Of a DNA stretch of 64,000 nucleotides, positions 56,025-64,000 are shown in pieces (positions within the stretch are counted from its first letter, which is position 1; every line of letters begins with the position of its first letter). The translations under genes and the position numbers were made by a program. This stretch comes from Octopus vulgaris (Eukaryota), in NCBI GenBank assembly GCA_951406725.2, contig OX597822.1, forward strand, positions 10,540,001 to 10,604,000, read 5' to 3'. The notes beneath the pieces were generated by a model. The model saw nothing but the letters and a program-made list of their open reading frames with translations, was not told where the DNA came from and did no database searches.

Positions 56025-56139
56025 GTATAGAGAGAGAGAGAGAGAGAGAGAATGGTTGTATACTGTCAATTTAACGTGACAGTAGGGGATTACACCACCG
56101 CTGTTTAGCCCTAGGATGCATCGACGCATCTTGTATCCC

Positions 56140-56443
56140 AGACCGACCTGAGATTTATGAGTGGATTTCGTACACTGAAACTGAAAGAAGCCTATCGTGT
56201 ATATGGGTATATTTGTGTGGGTGTGTGTGCGTGTGAGTGTGTGTGTGTACGTTTGTATCCTCATCATTGCTTGACAACCAATGTTGCCGTGTTTACTTAC
56301 TCAAAACTTAACGGTTCGTCAAAAGACCTGATGGAATAAGAACGAGGCTTAAAAGAATATATCCTAATGTCGATTTGTTCGACCAGCGGCGGTGCTCCAG
56401 CATGACTACAGTCACATGACTGAGACATGTTAAACAATAAAAG
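56140..56443 (+). mobile_element. SINE family A body and tail, diverged
   Basis: GAAACTGAAAGAAGCCTATCGT and GGCGGTGCTCCAGCATG motifs. Confidence 0.75.
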
Positions 56444-56529
56444 ACTATGTCATTTTAATCCCCAGCCAGGCCGGGTATTTCTGTATATATATATATATAT
56501 ATATATTTCTACATACATACATATATATG

Positions 56530-56593
<64 letters not shown>

Positions 56594-56629
56594 AATACGT
56601 ACACAACACATTCATATATATATATATTC

Positions 56630-56756
56630 TAAACGGAACTGTCCGAGTAACAGTTTTTTTGATATTTTAGCTGCTTTTTACAAGGCATAGTACTCTACCC
56701 CTTGTATTCGAGTACAATTTTGTTAACTTGTTTCGCATTTATGTGCTTATTCTGGT
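56630..56756 (+). mobile_element. Degenerate family D mini-element
   Basis: GAGTAACAGTTT...TACTCTACC...GAGTAC...TTGTTTCGCATTTATGTG aligns with 29042-29153. Confidence 0.65.
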
Positions 56757-56935
56757 ATATACATATGCAAGTATGTATATATATATATATATATATATTT
56801 GTATATATTTATATATATTTATATATATACATACATATGTACATATACATATATTATCATATCGCATGTTATATTATGATATATTATATTGCACACGCAC
56901 ATGTATACATGTATACATATATATGTATATAAATA

Positions 56936-57020
<85 letters not shown>

Positions 57021-57281
57021 ATGTGTGTGTGTGTGTGTGTATGTGTGTGTATGTGTGTGTGTATGTGTGTGTGTGTGTGTGAATTTCTGCGTGTTTGTGT
57101 ATGTGATAATTTAGAACACACATTGTTGACATTGCCTACGATGACGACAACGACCACAAAACCTAAACATTGAAACATAATGTTTCATTGTTAAGTCTGT
57201 CTGTGCAAATACATACATATATACATGTATACGTATGTGTGTATGAATATATATATTCACACACACACACACACATATATT

Positions 57282-57331
<50 letters not shown>

Positions 57332-58649
57332 CCTGCATACATGTACACACACATACATGCATGCATGTATACACACAAATTTTTGTGATATCCTTCTCAC
57401 GACATTTGATATTTCTCTTCATTGTATATACTAAAGTACATGCTCTTTATTTATTTATTGTTTTCCATTTTCGTCCAGTAGAATTGAAAGTCATGATTTT
57501 AAAGCCTGAAAACCAGTTCAGCCTTTTGCATTCTGTTTTCGAAATTCATCTTTGTCTTCGATTTTTCATCTTGCGTATTAATCCTCAACGTAAAATTTCA
57601 AATCGAAGTTTCAAACCTTCGAAAACGTGTCTCGGTACCTTTATATCTCACCAACAAACTTCATGGAATATCTATGGCACTTGGTTACGCAACAGAATAG
57701 CTCTACTGCCTAACCGATGCTACTTTTATTCACACAAGAGATAGTACACCAATTTGAATAAATTAGCAATCTTTTAAGTTGTAATAACTTAAAAGATTGT
57801 CCTGGTGGACAAAGGATATTTACCATCGTACCGACATTTTAATTTCATTTTTTCACTTTTCCTTTTGTTATTTGTAAAAAATATATCATATGCATACAAA
57901 ATGCTATATACATAAATTTGGTTAAAATTCGTTAACTATTTCATGACCTGTAACGACAAAATATAAAGATCTCAAAATATGCAAGGAGAAAAACCAAGAA
58001 TAACCACATGATTTCTAATTTAGGCACAAGCTAGCAATTTTAAGGGGTGGGAATTGGTTGATACCATAATGCTACTTTATTTTCAGTCTCAGCTAGATTT
58101 GAAATCAGAACGTAAAGAGCCTGAATGAGTAATTTTAGTAGTATTAGTAAAACGGAATAAAGCGCTTAACCTTTTTAATCATCACTCTGTGCGATACATG
58201 AAAATGATCTGGACAGAAGAAAATCCTTTACTTGCATTCAATATAGAAATGCTGATGATTAGCTGAATTTAAACTTTTACATGATGCGTTACCGTAATAA
58301 ATAATTTCTCTTATACAAAACCACAAACAAGTGAATTAATGTGAAATATTCGGAAGAAAAACTGATATATGGCGCGAATGGCGTAAAATCACTATATTGA
58401 AGGACGGGAAAAACTTAGGCATAACTCTGTATCAGGAATTCGTTCACATTTCTTATTATACTCAGCCTTCGTTAGTTGATCAGCGTTGGGACCTAGTTGT
58501 GCAGGTCTCAACATGATTTACGAAACCAGCGTGAGACTCATACCATGCAACGCTTCATCTTTGTCGAGTGAGATTTGTTGGTGAAAAAGTTATATATCCA
58601 TCCATCCACGCATACATACATACATACATACATTCACACACACACACAC

Positions 58650-58726
<77 letters not shown>

Positions 58727-59628
58727 TAACTACATCCAGGGGTCCGTTCCTATGTTCCATCAACCTATCGGCTTAGATTTCTATTGTTTTATCAATTCTG
58801 AAATAACGAGAGGCAAATTTGAGCTCGGTAGAATTTGAAGTCGGCGTCGGAGCAAATTCCGTGAAACAATATATCAGACACTCTAAGATTATGCCAATTC
58901 GCCGCCTGACAAATTTCCTCATACGTAGGGGCTTTCGTAGAAGTGATCCTGCCGAAATCAACATTCCTAGCATCTCACAACGGCATGTGACCATCACCAT
59001 TACCGACATGGTTGCAATCAACAGAATCCGCCATCGCAAACGAAGGAGGCTGAACGTGGTCAACCAGGCAACGAGACGTAGCAGTTACATATTCTCATCA
59101 CACACCACCGCCAGACCTGGTTTAGACAGCCATAAAAATACTTCGTTGTTGGATAAAAAAATGGATAGCCACAGCTGGATAGTCTTCGATTATAGAAGAG
59201 CTCGGTAACTGCTAACCTGATTCTGAGCAACAATAACGTTAAGCAGTGTGTGTATGGACTGAGATCCACTGAAGCGTACTTTCATTATTTTGAAGAATAA
59301 TCGAGCGAAAACCGTGCACAGGTTACACCGATACACGTTTGTAGATGAACATATAGTCAAGAATAGGGAATAACGGTATTCCCTTCCTCATCATCTTCGT
59401 TTCTATGTAACGTAACCTCTCACGTCATTGACTGCCAACTTAACGGTGGATTGTCGCCATAACTATACACTTTCGCATAATTTTAGATAGCGCAAGAATA
59501 TGTATATATATATATATATATATATACATACACATTTACATATATGCATATATATGTATAAACATATATATATATACTTACATACATATTTTTATACATA
59601 TGCATATATACATATATGCATTATATAT

Positions 59629-59712
<84 letters not shown>

Positions 59713-59834
59713 CTAGATAGAGCGATAGATAGATAGATTGATAGATAGGTATAGATAGTGCACCTATATACACGGGCACTGTATATAGGTGTGTTTAATA
59801 CATACATACATACATACATACATACATACATACA

Positions 59835-59870
<36 letters not shown>

Positions 59871-60333
59871 TGTAATAGTATTCATAATGTGAGGTATGCG
59901 CTCTGTGGAATCTGGCTTAATTTGGCTGACCCTTTGTCCTTAAACCTGAAAAATCTTGACCTACCAATATTGCTGAAGCTACACTGATGCTATTATTATT
60001 TGATATATTATATAATGATATTTCGGATATAAAATACTAGTAAAGCGGAAACGAAGCAATTGTATTATGCAATGAAGCGTATTTGCACAAGCTATCCTTT
60101 TTCGCTTAGAGTGATATTCTTTTAAGCTATTATTCTTTTACTTCTTTCAGTCATTTTGACTGCGGCCATGCTGGAGCACCGCCTTTGCTCGAACAAATCG
60201 CCCACCCCCGGGACTTGTTCATTGTAAGCCTAGTACTTATTCTTTCGGTCATTTTGCCGAACTTCTAAGTTACGGGGACATAAACACACTCGTCAAGTGA
60301 TGGTAGCGGGAACAAACACAGACGCAAAAATAT

Positions 60334-60416
<83 letters not shown>

Positions 60417-60514
60417 GATAAAAACGGTAAGATAACAAAAGAAAGAACCTCAATATTATGTAAATAGAGGAAATGTATCTGTAAAATAATATGTGATAAT
60501 TACTCGATAGTCAA

Positions 60515-60574
60515 GATAAAACTCTGAGTTTCGGATGCCGAGTGGAAATCCACAACACCATCTCTTCGGTTATC
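60515..60574 (-). ncRNA. Hammerhead ribozyme motif (CCGAAGA core), left arm of palindrome 60482-60674
   Basis: Minus strand: GATAA-CCGAAGA-GATG..GTGGA tt TCCAC..CATC c-GAAA-CTC a GAG-TT-TTATC. Confidence 0.7.
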
Positions 60575-60580
60575 TGGCCA

Positions 60581-60641
60581 GATAACCGAAGAGATGGTGT
60601 TGTGGATTTCCACTTCGGCATCTGAAACTCAGTGTTTTACC
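60581..60641 (+). ncRNA. Hammerhead motif, right arm (point mutations in stems I and III)
   Basis: GATAA-CCGAAGA-GATG...CATCT-GAAA-CTCAGTG-TT-TTACC. Confidence 0.55.
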
Positions 60642-60930
60642 TTGACTATCGAGTAATTGACACATATTATTTTATATATATATATATATATGCGACGGGA
60701 TTCTTTCAGTTTCCGTCCACCAAATACACTCGCAAAGCTTTGGTTGGCTAGAGACTATAGTAGAAGACACTTGGCCAAAGTGCCACACACTGGGACTGAA
60801 CCCGGAACCATGTTGTTGGGAAGCAAGTACACAGCCACTCCGCTGGATTTTTGGTAATAAATCATGTCAGTTACCCGATACCCTTCGACGGGGTTTCTAT
60901 AGTAAAGTAATAGGCTTATATCCAAATTGA

Positions 60931-60992
<62 letters not shown>

Positions 60993-61681
60993 CCGGCTAA
61001 CTGGATTGTGTAGTGAATTCAACAGGAACCCACGTAGATTATAAATTCACATTCTGCCAGCAGTATAATTTTTAAATTCAAAGTTTAAATAACGAAATTC
61101 ACTATAAATTCCGTATATGGTAACAGAGAAAAAATACAACAGAATGGAAATCTATTCATGATTTAATCCTTTACCGACGTTTCAAAATGATGCTAAGCAT
61201 CAATTAGCGCCAATTATCATAATATATTCATGAATGATGCGTTGCAACATTTCGACGTCTTGCATTCTATTTGAAACGTAGGCAGTCGAATAAAACATTA
61301 AATAGGTTTTCGTCTTTCTATTTATATAAGTATGTATCGATCTATATATGTATACATATTCATATATGTGTATATGCATTTATATATCCTGCCATATAAT
61401 ATATACATAGGTAATATATATATGCATACATAATAATATATATATATATATATACTACGTATTATATGTGTATGTACAGGTATGGTTTTATGTATGTATA
61501 CATAAATGTTATATTTATGTATACATATATATATATATGTGTATATCTATATGTCATACATATATATATGTCATACATATATATATATGTCATACATATA
61601 TATATATATATATACATATATATATACATACACACAAATATAAATTTGTATGTATATATATACATAGAAGCATAACATATA

Positions 61682-61719
<38 letters not shown>

Positions 61720-62189
61720 TTATGTATTATATATGTGTGTATATGAATATAATAACATACATATACATACATATACATATTATATTTTATATATGTATTT
61801 ATGTAAAGGTATGCTTGTATTATGTATATATACACATACACACACACACATATATATATATATATACACATATATACATATGTAGATAAATATACAGATA
61901 TACTCACAGGCACATACATATTGACAAAGTTTGTGTGCACAAGTTTGATCTGCCCATCGTGGGGTTCCACATTCGACGGCATTTGGCATAGATCTTATAC
62001 ACAACCTCAGCTTTAATAACATGTATACTGAAACTAAGTATAAACACGTCCTATATATCTATGTATGGATATGTTTACCTTGACTATGTTCGTTGTGTGT
62101 CTCTGTAAGCCCTGTAAATTACCGATTCAAGATCGAAACATATGATACCACATGATAATAAAGAGTGTATTTGAAATGATCGACAAAAG

Positions 62190-62257
62190 CAAGGTGCCAC
62201 GCAGTGGGACTGAACCCCGAATCATGTTGTTGGTAAGCAAGCTACTTACCACACAGC

Positions 62258-62260
<3 letters not shown>
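62190..62260 (-). mobile_element. SINE family A, head only
   Basis: CAAGGTGCCACGCAGTGGGACTGAACC...CTTACCACACAGCCAC. Confidence 0.85.
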
Positions 62261-62299
<39 letters not shown>

Positions 62300-62360
62300 T
62301 AGTTAGGACCATATTCATGTGAATTCTTTAGAATTCACTAGAATCTCAATTACTTAACCG

Positions 62361-62392
<32 letters not shown>

Positions 62393-62476
62393 AATAAAAA
62401 TAATAATATATATATATATATGTATATATACATACACATATACATATACATATACATATATATATGTATATAGCTT

Positions 62477-62515
<39 letters not shown>

Positions 62516-63036
62516 TTACGTATATATATATATATATATATAACGAAACAGGTATGTCACAAGAATATTGTACGTACATGAATGCGTTATATGCAGCTGT
62601 AATCGGTTATGACATTGAAATGCTTCTTCTGTTTCATCTATTTCGGGATTCAAAACCTATGAAACTGATATTTGCTTCCACAAATGTTATAATAACGAAA
62701 AATGTTTAAAGTATTAATTAGAATAGAAAAGCTGTTATTGGATCTAAGCGGAAGGCATGCATCTTGAGGGGACACGATTAGTTGATGCCGTGGACTCCAC
62801 CACTTAAATGATGCCTCCAAAACGATGAAAGGGTGAGTAAAACTCGGTGTGATTAGATAGCAGAATGTAACGTGTTGGAAGAAAAAGCGCAAAGCCCTTA
62901 ACCGATGGTCTACCGATTTCGTGTAGAGCTGACAGAGAGCAATAGATAAACGTCATTCATAGGATATTTAGCATATTGAACATTTGTAATTTATTAGAAT
63001 TCACTTCCAGAATGTGATATGGAAATATGTATATAT

Positions 63037-63092
<56 letters not shown>

Positions 63093-63110
63093 ACATACAT
63101 ATATATATAC

Positions 63111-63185
<75 letters not shown>

Positions 63186-63364
63186 CACACACACACAAAC
63201 ATATATATGTATATATATACGCATACACATCCATCTATATACATATATATAAGTACATACATGTATATGTGTACACATATATATGTACATACCTACATTT
63301 GTGTGTATATGTACACGTTCTTATCTATAAACATATCTACGTATATATAGTATCTATCTATCTA

Positions 63365-63419
<55 letters not shown>

Positions 63420-63536
63420 GTATGTATATATACATATGTATATACATATATATATATATATATGTTTATATAGGTATATTAATATTTGAATATATATGCA
63501 TGTGTGTGTATGTTTGTGTATCTGTGTACATGAATG

Positions 63537-63595
<59 letters not shown>

Positions 63596-63640
63596 GTATA
63601 TATATATATGTATAATATATATACACATATATATATACAT

Positions 63641-63714
<74 letters not shown>

Positions 63715-63947
63715 AACAAACATATATGCATATATATATACAGACACATGCATGTGCGTACAGACATATTATGTATGTTTTGGGGTTAATCTTTACTGTG
63801 TTTAGAAATGAAGAAAAATGTTTGGCTCTAAATTTCTCCACGAGAAAATACAGGCAATCTTTTGCCTATATTTTCATCGCCTGGAAATTACATCGCAAGA
63901 TAAATAAATCGCAGCAGAATCACTCTTGCTAAAAAAATCATCGACAT

Positions 63948-64000
63948 AGCGCAGGAGTGGCTGTGTGGTAAGTAGCTTGCTAACCAACCACATGGTTCCG
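63948..64000 (+). mobile_element. SINE family A head, running off the window
   Basis: GCGCAGGAGTGGCTGTGTGGTAAGTAGCTTGCTAACCAACCACATGGTTCCG. Confidence 0.9.

Larger units (their letters stand above)
60132..60842 (-). mobile_element. SINE family A split by a hammerhead foldback insertion
   Basis: Tail half at 60132-60325 and head half at 60690-60842. Confidence 0.85.

Noticed and set aside
57767-57799. 14-bp perfect hairpin CAATCTTTTAAGTT / AACTTAAAAGATTG
   Set aside because: It is isolated and AT-rich with no HHR core or definable element ends; probably part of an old DNA-transposon relic.
58819-59208. 129-aa non-repetitive ORF
   Set aside because: It starts inside a degenerate family B SINE with a non-ATG start and has no recognisable motif. 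A BLASTX search would be needed to exclude an exon fully.

Overview
AT-rich, microsatellite-saturated eukaryotic non-coding DNA (intronic or intergenic). The tRNA-derived SINE families and simple-repeat load resemble an octopus/cephalopod genome, which is an inference. I recognise no intact protein-coding gene: almost all listed ORFs are translations of (TA)n, (CA)n, (TATC)n, (ATAC)n or (GAT)n tracts or of SINEs. The window holds about 20 copies of one tRNA-SINE (here family A), about 20 copies of a second (B), several copies of smaller SINE families (C, E, F), a hAT-like MITE, a Helitron-like element and a decayed LINE ORF2 end. The most notable signal is a set of at least 6 sequence families of small (~120-450 bp) elements inserted in or next to (TA)n tracts. 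They carry minimal type I hammerhead-ribozyme (HHR) motifs and are often arranged as head-to-head foldbacks with one short arm and one long tailed arm. This architecture matches Penelope-like element (PLE) terminal repeats. One element combines a tRNA-like Pol III head, an intact HHR and a 12-bp target-site duplication. Family letters are my own labels. Folds were read by eye, and coordinates of degenerate repeats are approximate.
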